Positions 19,223 to 30,336 of a DNA stretch of 64,000 bases are shown piece after piece. The translations under genes were made by a program, and so were the position numbers. How positions within the stretch are numbered: the stretch's first letter is position 1; the number at the start of each line of letters is the position of its first letter. The DNA comes from an uncultured Gammaproteobacteria bacterium. GTDB taxonomy: Bacteria; Pseudomonadota; Gammaproteobacteria; UBA9214. The notes beneath the pieces were generated by a model, which did not search any database, was not told the origin of the DNA, and was given only the letters and a program-made list of their open reading frames with translations. Location: assembly GCA_963773065.1 (NCBI GenBank), contig CAVYZN010000032.1:192001-256000 (forward strand). The letters are read 5' to 3'.

Positions 19223-21427
19223 TCAGAACAAGTCCGCCGGATCGACATCGACGGACCAGCGCACCTTGCGGGCCTCCTTGGACTGTTCCAGCCGGCGGAC
19301 CAGGCTGCCCAATACGTGTTGCAGGCTGCCACGCTGCGCCGACTGCAGCAGGAGCTGGGCGCGAAAGCGGCCGGCGCGCCGTTCCATGCTGGCCGGCACC
19401 GGACCCCAGACCTCGACATCGGCCGCGTCAAGTTCTTGAATCTGCCGCCTGACGCTATCGAGGAAGCCCGACGGCAGGGACGCCTCCGTGGCCTCGGCGC
19501 GCAACAGGGCGATGTGGCTGACCGGTGGCAGCCGGGCCGCCTCGCGCTCGGCCAGCGCGGCGCGGGCAAAGGCTGCATAACCCTGCCGGACCAGCGTCTG
19601 CAGCAGGGGATGGTCCGGGTGATGGGTCTGGATGACCACAAGCCCCGGCCGGTCACGACGGCCGGCCCGGCCGGCCACCTGCACGATCAACTGGGCCATG
19701 CGTTCACTGGAGCGGAAGTCGGTTCCGAACAGGCCCTGGTCGGCATTGAGGATGCCGACCAGGGTGATATCCGGAAAATGGTGCCCCTTGGCCAGCATCT
19801 GGGTGCCGAGGAGGATGCGCCCGTGGCCGGCGCGCGCCTGCTGCAGCAGGCTGGCGAGCTGGCCCTTGCGGCGCGTGGTGTCACGGTCGATGCGCAGCCG
19901 CTCCACCTCTGGAAAGTGTTCGGCCAATGCCTGCTCGACGCGCTCGGTCCCCTGGCCCAGCGACCGCAGGTCGCCGCCGCCGCATGCCGGGCAGCGCGTG
20001 TCGAGCGGCCGCTGGCTGCCGCAGTGGTGACAGCGCAGTTGCCGCTCACCCTGGTGCACGGTCATGCGGGCGTCGCAGCGCGAGCACCCGGCGATCCAGC
20101 CGCAGTCATGGCAGATGAGCGTCGGGGCGTAGCCGCGGCGGTTGAGAAACAGCAGCACCTGGCCGTCGTCGGCGAGGTGGCCGCGTATGCGCGCGATAAG
20201 CCCCCGGGACAGGCCGTGCTCGAGCGCTTGTTTGCGGAGATCGAGGATCTCGTAGGATGGCAGGCCGGCGGCGCCGGTGCGCTCCGGCAGCGCCAGGTGC
20301 CGGTAGCGCGCCTGGGCGACATTGAAGAGACTTTCCAGGGAAGGCGTCGCCGAGCCCAGGACGACCGGCACGGCCAATTGACGCGCGCGCCATACGGCGA
20401 GATCGCGCGCCGAATAGCGCAGCCCTTCCTGCTGTTTCAGCGAGGCGTCGTGCTCCTCGTCGACCACCAGCAGTCCCGGATTGGCGAGCGGTGTGAAGAT
20501 GGCCGAGCGCGTGCCTATGATGATGAGGGCCTCGCCGCTGCCGGCCCGCCGCCAGGCGGCGAGGCGTTCCCGGTCGTTGAGGGCGGAGTGCAGTAGCGCG
20601 AACGGCGCACCGAAGCGGCGCCGGAAGCGCTCCACCAGTTGCGGGGTCAGGCCGATTTCCGGCACCAGGATCAGGGTCTGGCGCCGTTGCGCCATGACCG
20701 CGGCGATGATCCGCAGGTAAACCTCGGTTTTCCCGCTGCCCGTGACACCTTCGAGCAGAAAGGCGGTGAAATCTCCCAGACTGCCCAGCACCGTGTCGAC
20801 GGCCGACTGCTGGGCGGCATTCAGCACATGGCCCGTGTCGCTGGGCGGTGTCGCCGGGAGGACTGTGGCCGCGAGGGTGCAGGCCTCGATCCAGCCCTTG
20901 TTCTGGAGTGTTCGCAGCGTATCGGACGTTACCTCCAGCGCGGCGCGGCGCACGCCCTCCGGATGATCGCGCAGTTGCAGCAGCATCGCTGCCTGCCGCG
21001 GCGCCCGCTTCAGGGTGGCGGGATCGATGTGCCATCCGGCGGCGGTGAGCCGCCAGCCGGTCTCGTCAGTGTCCGCCGGCGGCTGGCCACGACGTAGCAG
21101 TGTTGGCAACGCCGCGCTTAAGGTCTCGCCAATCGGATACTGATAGTAGGCGCTGGCCCAGCGAGCCATGGCGAGAACGTCCGCGGAAAGCACGGGTGAT
21201 GGGTCGAGGATCGCCAGCGCCCGCTTTAAACGCGGGTGGTCGATGCTGCTGCGTGCCGCTACCTCCAGGAGGATGCCAATGGTTATGCGGGCGCCGAAGG
21301 GTACGCGCACGCGCATCCCCGGGAGCAGCGTGTCGGTGTCCGTCGCTGGTGGTGGGAGGTAGTCGAAGCTGCGGTGAAGCGGGGAGGGAACGGCAATGCG
21401 GAGTATGGCTTCGTTCACGGTTTTCAT
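19223..21427 (-). CDS. priA: Primosomal protein N'
   Basis: GVTGSGKTEVY, VDEEHD, Cys-rich region, GTQMLAKGHHFP. Confidence 0.95.
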   Translation of the reverse strand: MKTVNEAILRIAVPSPLHRSFDYLPPPATDTDTLLPGMRVRVPFGARITIGILLEVAARSSIDHPRLKRALAILDPSPVLSADVLAMARWASAYYQYPIGETLSAALPTLLRRGQPPADTDETGWRLTAAGWHIDPATLKRAPRQAAMLLQLRDHPEGVRRAALEVTSDTLRTLQNKGWIEACTLAATVLPATPPSDTGHVLNAAQQSAVDTVLGSLGDFTAFLLEGVTGSGKTEVYLRIIAAVMAQRRQTLILVPEIGLTPQLVERFRRRFGAPFALLHSALNDRERLAAWRRAGSGEALIIIGTRSAIFTPLANPGLLVVDEEHDASLKQQEGLRYSARDLAVWRARQLAVPVVLGSATPSLESLFNVAQARYRHLALPERTGAAGLPSYEILDLRKQALEHGLSRGLIARIRGHLADDGQVLLFLNRRGYAPTLICHDCGWIAGCSRCDARMTVHQGERQLRCHHCGSQRPLDTRCPACGGGDLRSLGQGTERVEQALAEHFPEVERLRIDRDTTRRKGQLASLLQQARAGHGRILLGTQMLAKGHHFPDITLVGILNADQGLFGTDFRSSERMAQLIVQVAGRAGRRDRPGLVVIQTHHPDHPLLQTLVRQGYAAFARAALAEREAARLPPVSHIALLRAEATEASLPSGFLDSVRRQIQELDAADVEVWGPVPASMERRAGRFRAQLLLQSAQRGSLQHVLGSLVRRLEQSKEARKVRWSVDVDPADLF

Positions 21428-21528
21428 CACGCCAGCGGCAAGGGCGGAGCCTCCGCAGTTAGCGTACATGCCTGAGGCGGATTATTACTAAATTGTGCTA
21501 ACTCCTTCATTCGATTGATTCCCGCCTG

Positions 21529-21743
21529 TTATCCACAAATCCTGTGGATAACTCTGTGGATGAATTGTTGTCAATCGCGCCTAACCCAGATTTTTCCTGC
21601 CTTGTTGTTAAATTGACTAATTTTTATCCATAAAGTAATAATTATATAAATCAATAATCATATAGTTAATTATAACTTTCTCATATAGCCCAAACAACCA
21701 CCCTATGGCTTAAAATCGGCATTCGCACCCTGACTGTGCATAA
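21529..21743. promoter_or_regulatory. DnaA-box cluster with AT-rich stretch
   Basis: TTATCCACA 21529, TGTGGATAA 21543, TGTGGATGA 21555, TTATCCATA 21624, TGTGCATAA 21735. Confidence 0.75.
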
Positions 21744-21821
21744 ATCTTCGTTCGCCGGACTAAGTAAGACTACGTACAAAAAATAGGCAGGCGGGAAAAA
21801 ACGCATTTCCAGGCACGGGGT

Positions 21822-23189
21822 TTACAACTGCTTGATGGCCTGGATCAGCTCCCCGGTCATCCCCTGTCCGTCACCGTAGAGCATGCGTGCGTTGTCGGCA
21901 TAAAACAGGGCATTCTCGACGCCCGAGAAGCCCTTGCCCTGGCCGCGCTTGATGATGATGACATTCCTGGCCTGATCCACATTCAGGATCGGCATGCCGT
22001 AGATGGGACTGTCCGGGTTGGTGCGGGCCATGGGATTGACGACGTCATTGGCGCCGATGACCAGGGCGACATCGGTCTGCGCGAACTCGGCGTTGATCTC
22101 GTCCAGGTCATAAAGCCGGTCATAGGGCACGTCAGCCTCGGCCAGCAGGACGTTCATGTGGCCGGGCATGCGGCCGGCCACGGGATGGATCGCGAATTTG
22201 ACTTCGATGCTCCGGTCCAGCAGCAACTTCATCAACTCCTTGATCTTGTGCTGGGCCTGGGCCACGGCCATGCCATAGCCGGGGACGATGATGACCTTCT
22301 CGGCGTAGGCCATCATGATGCCGGCATCGTTCACGTCGATCGGCTTGAGGCTGCCTGCCACCGAGCCTTGTTCTTCTCCATGTTCCCCGCCAAAGGACCC
22401 GAACAGGACATGGCCGATCGAACGGTTCATCGCCCTGGCCATCAACTGGGTGAGCAGCGTGCCGGCCGCGCCCACGACGGTGCCCGCGATGATCATGGCG
22501 GCATTATCGAGCACGAAACCCTCGACGCCGACCGCGAGACCGGTCAGGGCGTTATAGAGGGAGATGACCACCGGCATGTCGGCGCCGCCGATCGGCAGGG
22601 TCTTCAAAACGCCAAAGGCGAGCGCCAGGGCGAAGAAAATCAGCAGGGTGATGCCGGCGGTGTCACCCGACTTTATGATCCAGCCGCCGGCCACGACGGC
22701 CAGAGCGAATATGACCAGATTGATGTGGTGCTGAAACGCAAAGCGCAGCGGCTTTTTCATCAGGCCCTGCAGCTTGGCGAAGGCGATGATGGAACCGGCG
22801 AACGACACCGACCCGATCAGGGCGCCCAGTAGGGCGAGCGTGAGCAAGCCCCCGGAATGAAAGTCACCCTTGAGCAGTTCCACGGCGGCGATCGCGCCGG
22901 CGCCGCCGCCGCCCATGCCGTTGTAGAGCGCGATCATCTGCGGCATGTTGGTCATGGCCACCTTCCTGCCGGACCACCAGGCGGCCACCCCGCCGATGGC
23001 CAGCGCCGCGGTCATGAGCAGGTAGTTTTCCATGCCCGGCCAGAAGAAGGTGATCAGGGTGGCGACCAGCATGCCGCTGCCGGCCCACAGGATGCCGCCG
23101 CGCGCCGTGACCGGAGAGCTCATGCGCTTAAGGCCGAGGATGAAGAGCATGGCCGCGAGGAAATAACTGATCTGGATGACGGCATCCAT
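21822..23189 (-). CDS. pntB: NAD(P) transhydrogenase beta subunit
   Basis: PGYGMAVAQAQH, HPVAGRMPGHMNVLLAEA, GANDVVNP. Confidence 0.95.
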   Translation of the reverse strand: MDAVIQISYFLAAMLFILGLKRMSSPVTARGGILWAGSGMLVATLITFFWPGMENYLLMTAALAIGGVAAWWSGRKVAMTNMPQMIALYNGMGGGGAGAIAAVELLKGDFHSGGLLTLALLGALIGSVSFAGSIIAFAKLQGLMKKPLRFAFQHHINLVIFALAVVAGGWIIKSGDTAGITLLIFFALALAFGVLKTLPIGGADMPVVISLYNALTGLAVGVEGFVLDNAAMIIAGTVVGAAGTLLTQLMARAMNRSIGHVLFGSFGGEHGEEQGSVAGSLKPIDVNDAGIMMAYAEKVIIVPGYGMAVAQAQHKIKELMKLLLDRSIEVKFAIHPVAGRMPGHMNVLLAEADVPYDRLYDLDEINAEFAQTDVALVIGANDVVNPMARTNPDSPIYGMPILNVDQARNVIIIKRGQGKGFSGVENALFYADNARMLYGDGQGMTGELIQAIKQL

Positions 23190-23485
23190 CAGCGTTTTCC
23201 CTTGCCCTTGCTGCTCTTGAACATTTCCAGCATGCGGTCCGTGACCACATAGCCGCCGACCGCATTACCGGCCGAGAGCATGACGCCGAAAAAGCCGATA
23301 ATCCGTTCCAGGGTCGTATCGGCATGCCCCAGGGCGACCATGGCGCCGACCAGTACGATGCCATGCACGAAATTCGAGCCCGACATCAGCGGGGTGTGCA
23401 GGATGACCGGGACCCGGCTGATCACCTCGTAACCGGTAAAGGCCGCGAGCATGAAGATATACAGCGCGGTAAAGCCCTCGATCAT
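23189..23485 (-). CDS. pntAB: NAD(P) transhydrogenase alpha subunit, membrane part
   Basis: LHTPLMSGSN, VTDRMLEMF. Confidence 0.92.
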   Translation of the reverse strand: MIEGFTALYIFMLAAFTGYEVISRVPVILHTPLMSGSNFVHGIVLVGAMVALGHADTTLERIIGFFGVMLSAGNAVGGYVVTDRMLEMFKSSKGKGKR

Positions 23486-24612
23486 GATTTCGCCTCCACG
23501 AATTCCCGCGTCTGCGGATGCCGGATCTCGCCGGCATGGGTCATCACCGAGCTGCGGACTATTTCGTCATCCCAGTCCGGCCGGATTTCCCCGTTGCGCA
23601 CGATCAGCGGCAGGAAGTTGACCAGGTTCTTGGCGAACATTTCGCTGGCATGCACCGGCAGCATGGCCGGGACATTGAGGGGGCCGTAGATGATGACGCA
23701 ATCGTGCATGATCTTTTTCCCCGGACGGGTCAGTTCGCAGTTGCCGCCGCTGTAGGCGGCCGTATCGATGATGACCGAACCGGGTTTCATCGCCTCCACC
23801 ATGGCCTTGGAAATGATGCAGGGGGCGCGCTTGCCCGGGACGCCGGCGGTGGAAATGATGGCGTCGGCCTGGGAGACGTGCTGGCTGAGGACCCCCACTT
23901 CCTGCCGCTTCTCCTCTTCCGTGAGTTCCCGGGCATAACCGCCGCTGCCGAGCGCGGTTACGTGGACATCCACGAATCTGGCGCCGAGCGACTCCACCTG
24001 CTCGCGGGTTTCCGGGCGCACGTCATAGGCCTCGACGATCGCACCCAGACGTTTCGCCGTGGCGATGGCCTGCAGTCCGGCCACCCCGACGCCGACCACC
24101 AGTACCCGCGCCGGGCGGATGGTGCCGGCGGCCGTGGTCAGCATGGGAAAGAAACGCGCCGTCAGCTCGGCCGCCAGCAGGGCGGCCTTGTAGCCGGCGA
24201 TATTGGCCTGCGAGGAAAGCGCATCCATGCCCTGCGCGCGCGAGAGGCGCGGGATCAGTTCCATGGCAAAACTGGTGATGCGCCGGTCGCGCAGCAGCGC
24301 GGTGCGTTCCGGATATTCATAGGGATGCAGGAAGCCGATGACGATCGTCCCTTCCCGCAGCCGGGCGATGGCCTCAGGTGTCAGCGGTTGCACCGTGAAC
24401 ACGATGTCGGCCTCGGCGAAGAGCGTGTCGGCGTCGGGGACGATGCGGGCCGAGGCGTATTCGCTGTCACGGTAAAAGGCGCCCAGCCCGGCATCGGACT
24501 GGATCAGTACCTGCAGGCCTTGTTTGGCGAGCTGTTCGGCGACACCGGGCACCAGGGCGACGCGCCGTTCTCCCGGAACGGTTTCTTTGGGTACGGCCAC
24601 GCTTATCGGCAT
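23482..24612 (-). CDS. pntAA: NAD(P) transhydrogenase alpha subunit, soluble part
   Basis: ERRVALVP, MDALSSQANIAGY, GVGVAGLQA. Confidence 0.95.
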   Translation of the reverse strand: MPISVAVPKETVPGERRVALVPGVAEQLAKQGLQVLIQSDAGLGAFYRDSEYASARIVPDADTLFAEADIVFTVQPLTPEAIARLREGTIVIGFLHPYEYPERTALLRDRRITSFAMELIPRLSRAQGMDALSSQANIAGYKAALLAAELTARFFPMLTTAAGTIRPARVLVVGVGVAGLQAIATAKRLGAIVEAYDVRPETREQVESLGARFVDVHVTALGSGGYARELTEEEKRQEVGVLSQHVSQADAIISTAGVPGKRAPCIISKAMVEAMKPGSVIIDTAAYSGGNCELTRPGKKIMHDCVIIYGPLNVPAMLPVHASEMFAKNLVNFLPLIVRNGEIRPDWDDEIVRSSVMTHAGEIRHPQTREFVEAKS

Positions 24613-25020
24613 CTTGATCTCCGCTTGCACTTGTCGTGTGAGTCATGGGACCGGGTAACAATGCGGCTGGGCGCCAATCCTGTCCCGGCATGCGCATCGC
24701 GTGTGCAACGCCCGCCACTCCGCCAGAGAACGGCGAATATTAGCGGATTTTAATGAGCGGTGACAGGGTGATACGCATCCGAAAACACCGATCGCACGGT
24801 CACGCCAGGATTAAAGCGTACGTTGATATGGGGTTATGAACGCCATCACCAGCGGCGCGCTCTTATGCTGCGAGCAGACACGGGTCTGGGTATAGTGCGA
24901 ATCGAACCGCCCGGTTCCCGGGCGCAATTCGCGGCGGTGCCACAGCCGGGCGATCGCTCCCGGATGGAGGGTGGATGGCATCGGAATGCCTCTACCCATT
25001 AATACCCGGAGGGATCGCCA

Positions 25021-26640
25021 ATGCATAGCAACGCCGCACCGACCTCTGCCTGGGAGCCGCTGCGCCGCCCGGTATTTCGCAGCCTGTGGATCGCCGCCCT
25101 GGTCTCCAACATCGGCAGTTGGATGCAGACCATGGGCGCCGGCTGGCTCATGACCGAGCTGACCCATTCGCCCGTCCAGGTGGCACTGGTGCAGGCGGCC
25201 CAGTCGCTGCCCATGTTCCTTCTGGCGCTGCCGGCCGGTGCGCTCGCCGACATCATCGATCGTCGCCAGCAACTGATCGTGGCGCAGGTGTGGATGCTGG
25301 TGTTCGCCGGCTTGCTTGCCGCCAGCACCTTCGCGGGCCTCACCACGCCGTGGTGGCTGCTCGTCATGACCTTTCTCATCGGTTGCGGTGCGGCGGCCAT
25401 GACGCCTGCGTGGTCGGCATCGGTGCAGGAGTGGGTGCCCCGCACGGAGCTGCAGCCGGCGATTGCCCTGATCTCGCTATCCATCAACCTATCGCGCGCG
25501 GTGGGACCGGCTCTCGCCGGAGTGATCGTCGCCGTGGCCGGCACCGCCATGGTGTTCCTGCTCAACACGCTTTCGTTCCTGGCGGTCATCGTCGCGCTGC
25601 TGCGCTGGAAGCGTTTGCCGACCGTCGTGGGGATGCCCGCGGAGCGGCTGTTCGGGGGATTGAAGAGCGGGTTCCGCTACGCCCGGCATGCGCCGCTCCT
25701 GCAACGGGTGCTGCTGCGGGCGCTCATCTTTTTCCCGTTCGCCAGCGCGGTATGGGCGCTGCTGCCGGTCCTGGTCAGCCAGGAACTGCAGGGTGGGGCG
25801 AGTCTCTACGGCGTGCTCCTCGGCTGCATCGGCATCGGCGCGGTGGCCGGCGCGCTGCTCATGCCACGCGTCCACGCCCGCGTTTCCCGGGATCGCCTGG
25901 TGGCCTACGCCACCATCGTATACGCCCTGGCTAGCGGCCTGCTGGCGGCCGCTCCGAACGCCTGGATCGCGGGCGTGGCCATGCTGATGGTGGGCGCGAG
26001 TTGGGTGGCGATACTGTCGTCCCTGCAGGTGGCGGCGCAGATGGCGCTCCCGCCCTGGGTGCGGGCGCGGGGCCTCGCCATGTACTGGGTGGTGCTGATG
26101 GGAGGCATGACCGCCGGCTCGGTGGGCTGGGGCCAGATCGCCGAATGGCTCGGCATCCCGTGGGCTCTTGCCGCCGCGGCGGTATGCCTGGTGGCCGGGA
26201 TCGTCGGCAGCTACCGGCTGCGCATCGGCGGTCACGACGCGGTGGACCTCACGCCCTCCGCCCACTGGCCCATGCCGATGCCGGCGGGTGAGCCGGAACT
26301 CGACGCCGGGCCGGTGCTGGTCACCGTGGAGTATCGAATACGATCCGAAAATGTCGGACGCTTTCTCAAGGCGATGCGCTCACTGCGGCGCGTACGGTTG
26401 CGCGACGGCGCGGTGTACTGGCAGGTCTTTCGCGATATGGAGCAGCCCGACCGTTTCGTCGAACATTTCGTCACCGAATCCTGGGCCGAGCACCTGCGCC
26501 AACATGGCCGGGTAACGGTTGCCGATCGCGATGTCCAGGAACGCATCCTGGCGTTGCACGCGGCGGGCGAGCGCCCCAAGGTCATACATTACATCGCCGG
26601 CTATGCGACGCAGCAGACGCTGGCGATGCCAGGCAAATGA
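25021..26640 (+). CDS. MFS transporter (MFS_3/DUF894 type with C-terminal extension)
   Basis: SNIGSWMQ, GALADIIDRR, ESWAEHLRQH. Confidence 0.88.
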   Translation: MHSNAAPTSAWEPLRRPVFRSLWIAALVSNIGSWMQTMGAGWLMTELTHSPVQVALVQAAQSLPMFLLALPAGALADIIDRRQQLIVAQVWMLVFAGLLAASTFAGLTTPWWLLVMTFLIGCGAAAMTPAWSASVQEWVPRTELQPAIALISLSINLSRAVGPALAGVIVAVAGTAMVFLLNTLSFLAVIVALLRWKRLPTVVGMPAERLFGGLKSGFRYARHAPLLQRVLLRALIFFPFASAVWALLPVLVSQELQGGASLYGVLLGCIGIGAVAGALLMPRVHARVSRDRLVAYATIVYALASGLLAAAPNAWIAGVAMLMVGASWVAILSSLQVAAQMALPPWVRARGLAMYWVVLMGGMTAGSVGWGQIAEWLGIPWALAAAAVCLVAGIVGSYRLRIGGHDAVDLTPSAHWPMPMPAGEPELDAGPVLVTVEYRIRSENVGRFLKAMRSLRRVRLRDGAVYWQVFRDMEQPDRFVEHFVTESWAEHLRQHGRVTVADRDVQERILALHAAGERPKVIHYIAGYATQQTLAMPGK

Positions 26641-26740
26641 CCTTCCCCGCTGCAACGGGGCGCCTGGTAAGGCGGCAGGAATGATCCGATTACTCGAATG
26701 GCACTTACCTAAAGGATATCGTTTACACAACCGTACCATT

Positions 26741-26835
26741 GGCCACGGAAGCACACGGAAAAACACGGACTACATACTGATAATTTCAGTGTCTTCCGTG
26801 TGTATCCGTGGCTATTTACCGGGTTAGGGATTAAG
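26741..26835. repeat. GCCACGGAA-type inverted-repeat element, copy 1
   Basis: GCCACGGAAGCACACGGAA ... TTCCGTGTGTATCCGTGGC, plus a tail also present at 53343. Confidence 0.8.
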
Positions 26836-26867
26836 CGCGCGAAAAACCGAGGTCTGTCCCGCATCCC

Positions 26868-28582
26868 CTACTTGTGTTTGCCGGTGAACAGCCGGATCAG
26901 GTCCGGCCGGGAAACGACGCCGATGACCTCATTGTCGGTATTGGTGATGATCAGCCGCTTGATCCGGTTCCTGTCCATCAGGTGGATGGCGGTTTGCAGG
27001 GTGTCCTCTTCCTTGACGGTGATGGGCTTGCGGGTCATCAGGCTGTCCACCGTCGTGCCGTGGGTCTTGGACGGACGGCCGGCGGCGGATGATGGTGGTG
27101 AACATGTTCATGACGCCCGATCCTTCATCGATACGCAGTGAGGCGAGGAAGTCGGCCTCGCTCAGTATGCCGACGAGTTTCTTGTTGGCATCGATCACCG
27201 GCAGGCTGCTGATGCCCTGTTGCGCCATGATCTCGGCGGCCATATCGAGCGAGGTGCCCTCGTGCACGGTGATCACGTCACGCGTCATGATCTCGCCCAC
27301 CTTCACCGCCTGGGATTGCCGGATCTTGGGATGCGTGCTCATGTCCTTGCCGACGAAATTCATCTGCGAGGGCAGCATCGGCACCATCGGCAGGTAGCCG
27401 GGCAGGAGCATGTTCCAGTAGATCCAGTCGAACATGATCTTGCCCATGTGGTTCATGTAGGTTTCCTTCAGCAGATCGAACGGCCCGACCACCGGCATGG
27501 GGAACTTGCCTTCCAGCGGTTCCATGTCGTAGTTGAAGTCGATCAGCAGGGCCTTGTGATAGCCGGACTCGATGTAGCAGTTGGAGTGCCCGTCGAAGCT
27601 CGGCCGCGGCTTCTTGCCTTCGATCTCCAGCAAGTATGTTTTCCACCACGGTTTCCGCCTCGAAGTGGGCCACGGAACCGGCCTTGGAGGTGGAGACATT
27701 GGTGTTGTCGCCCAGCAGGTAGATGAAGTCGGCCTTGCGGTGCTTGAGCGTCTTGGGGTCGGTCAGCGCGTAGCCGGTCCCATCGCCGAGTCCCGAGTCG
27801 TCGATGACCCGGGGTCCCAGATTGGGCGGAATGATGCACAGCAGGTCGTATTCCACCGTGGTGCCCTCATAGGAATGGATGCTGTGGTTCTCCCCGTCGA
27901 CGCGCTCCAGGGCGAAGTTGGGCACGATATGGATGTGTTTATCCCAGGCGATCTTGGTCAGCACCCGGTTGGCGTTGGGTTTGGTGAAGGCGCCGGAGTA
28001 GGGCGTGACCAGGGAGATATCGATCTTGTCGCGCACCCCCTTGAGGGCGAAGTAATAGTCGGCGAGAAACGCGAACTCGATCGGCGCCACCGGGCACTTG
28101 ATCGGCATGTCCGCGATGTCGATGACCAGTTTGCCGGATTCCATCTTCTCCATATCCGGCTGCATCGCCAGCGCCGCATCCAGATGGTAGAAGCTGTGCA
28201 CGCCGTTTTTGCCATAGGTCTCGGGCAGTCCCTCGACCTCATCGACCACCGCCTGGCAGCCGAGCGCGACGACCAGGTAGTCATAGTCATGGCTGCCCCG
28301 GGTCGAGACGACTTTCTTGTTCTTGTGATCGATGAGCTTGACCTCGGCCTTGATGAAATCGGCGCTCTTGGGCAGCGGGTCGGTGATGTCGCGCGCGATT
28401 TGTTCCCGGGTTTCATAGCCGTAGAGCTTGAACGGGATGAACAGGTTACCGGGCTGGTAGTGGTGCTCGGCGGCCTTGTCGATCACCGTGATCTTCCACT
28501 CCTTCTGGTTGAGCTTGTGGCTCAGCATGTTGGCCACGATGCAGCCACCCGTACCGGCTCCCAGTACGACGATATTTCTCAT
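26868..28582 (-). CDS. Sulfide:quinone oxidoreductase-like flavoprotein with C-terminal CBS domains (two apparent frameshifts)
   Basis: VVLGAGTGG, HHYQPG, IKCPVAPIEF, FDGHSNCYIESG, then VGEIMTRDV CBS pair. Confidence 0.75.
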
Positions 28583-28626
28583 GATTCACTCTCCTGTGAC
28601 GTTGGCGGCAGCGGGCGCCTGGTCCG

Positions 28627-29052
28627 TCAACTGCGCGCGGGTTTTCCGGCGCTGTCGCGGCTTAAGCGGATCAGCGCCTTGAGCAGATCGGAGCGGTTGA
28701 GCTGTCCGACGATGCGCTGGTTGTCCATGACGGGAAACCCGCGCAGCGAGGTATCGACGAACAGCCGGGCCGCGTCGATGATGCTCATGCCGGCGTCGAT
28801 GGTCCGCACGCGCGTCTGCATGTATTCCGAGACGCGCCCACCCCATTCCTCGTAGTAGGCGGCCTTGAGGACCGCCTCGAGGCAGTCCTTCTCGGCGAGC
28901 AGCCCCACGACGTTTCCCAGGTCGTCGATGACGGGCGCCCCGGGTATGCCACGATCCGTCAGGATCTGCACGGCCTCCACCACGTCCATATCGGGATGCA
29001 GGGTGACCACGTGGGTCGACATATAGGACTTTACGGTGTTTGCCTCGGGCAT
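28627..29052 (-). CDS. CBS-pair protein
   Basis: VKSYMS...GAPVID...VSEYM...GFPVMD. Confidence 0.85.
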   Translation of the reverse strand: MPEANTVKSYMSTHVVTLHPDMDVVEAVQILTDRGIPGAPVIDDLGNVVGLLAEKDCLEAVLKAAYYEEWGGRVSEYMQTRVRTIDAGMSIIDAARLFVDTSLRGFPVMDNQRIVGQLNRSDLLKALIRLSRDSAGKPARS

Positions 29053-29068
29053 GGGCTTCTTCTCGCTG

Positions 29069-29272
29069 TCACTTGGCGGCCGCGGGCGGGGTGCCGGCGC
29101 GGCGTTTTTTGCAGGGTCGGCGGCAGGTGCCGCCGCAATCGGATGCTATGCCGGGGATGCGGTTCAGGCCGCCGCAACTGCCCTGGATCGCCCGGCGGCC
29201 GCGCAGCACCCCGATGCCCAGCGCGACGGCGGCCAGGGCGAAGATCACGATGCTGAACAGGATCTCGGCCAT
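29069..29272 (-). CDS. nqrM: Na+-NQR maturation factor NqrM
   Basis: TM segment plus IQGSCGGL and further Cys; follows apbE. Confidence 0.75.
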   Translation of the reverse strand: MAEILFSIVIFALAAVALGIGVLRGRRAIQGSCGGLNRIPGIASDCGGTCRRPCKKRRAGTPPAAAK

Positions 29273-30332
29273 GTTCAGCCGCTGTCTTTCGAGGCGATGC
29301 TGGTCGAAGGCCGGGGTTTCCCGGTCGGTGAAACCGGCCTCGGTCTTGATGATGAAGTAGGCGGCAAGCCCCTCCTGTTCGGCAAGGTGATAGCCGTCTT
29401 CGGGACCGAGAACCATCAGGGCCGTGCACAGGGCGTCGGCGCGCATCGTGTTCTCGCTCACCACCGTCACGGAGGCCAGCCGGTGCGTAACGGGGCGGCC
29501 CGTATGCGGGTCGATGATATGCGAATAGCGCTGCCCGTCGCGTTCGAAATAGTCATGATAATCGCCCGAGGTCGATACCCCGACATCGGCGATGCGGATG
29601 ATGGTGTAAACGGAGCGCTCCCCGGGCGTGGGGCGTTCGATGCCGATGCGCCAGTGGCCGCCGAGTTGATTGAGGCCCTTGCCGCGCAGTTCCCCGCCGA
29701 TCTCGACCAGATAGTTGGCGATGCCGAGGGTTTCGAGCCGTTCCGCGACCCGGTCCACGGTATAGCCCTGCGCAATGGAATTCAGATCGACATACATGTC
29801 GGGGATATCCTTGCGGATCGCCGGCGGCGAGGGACGGATGTCGAGGTGGGCGTAGCCGATGCGCGCCTGCGCTGCCGCGATCTCCTGCTGTGCATGGAAT
29901 CCGGTCACCGGTATCCTCCGGTCCGAATCCCCACAGGTTGACCAGCGGTCCGACGGTGACATCGTAGCGCGCCATGGCTGAGTTCGCTGACCTGCCGCGC
30001 TTCGGTGAGCACCCGCACCAGGCCCGCGGAGGCCGGGATCCAGCCGGTGTCGCGGCTCTGGTTAAAGAGTGATAATTCGGAATCGGGCTCGTACGTCGAA
30101 AAGTGCCGGGTGATGTCGTCGAGTTCCGCTTCGATGGCGGTCCTGGCCGTCTCCGCCGTGCAAGCGCCGCCGGCAGGTCGACGACCTTGATGTGGTAGGT
30201 CGTGCCCTGGGTGTCGCCGGTGAATTCCTTCAGCCGGGCTTGCGCCGAATGATCGCCGCAGGCCGCGAGCCACAGGCTCAGCGAGGCGATGGCGAGGGCA
30301 TGGCGCAGCCGATGGTCGACACGGGCGGACAT
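29273..30332 (-). CDS. apbE: FAD:protein FMN transferase (frameshifted)
   Basis: Lipobox LAAC, YDVTVGPLVNLWGFG, DLNSIAQGY, STSGDY. Confidence 0.88.
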
Positions 30333-30336
30333 CAGC

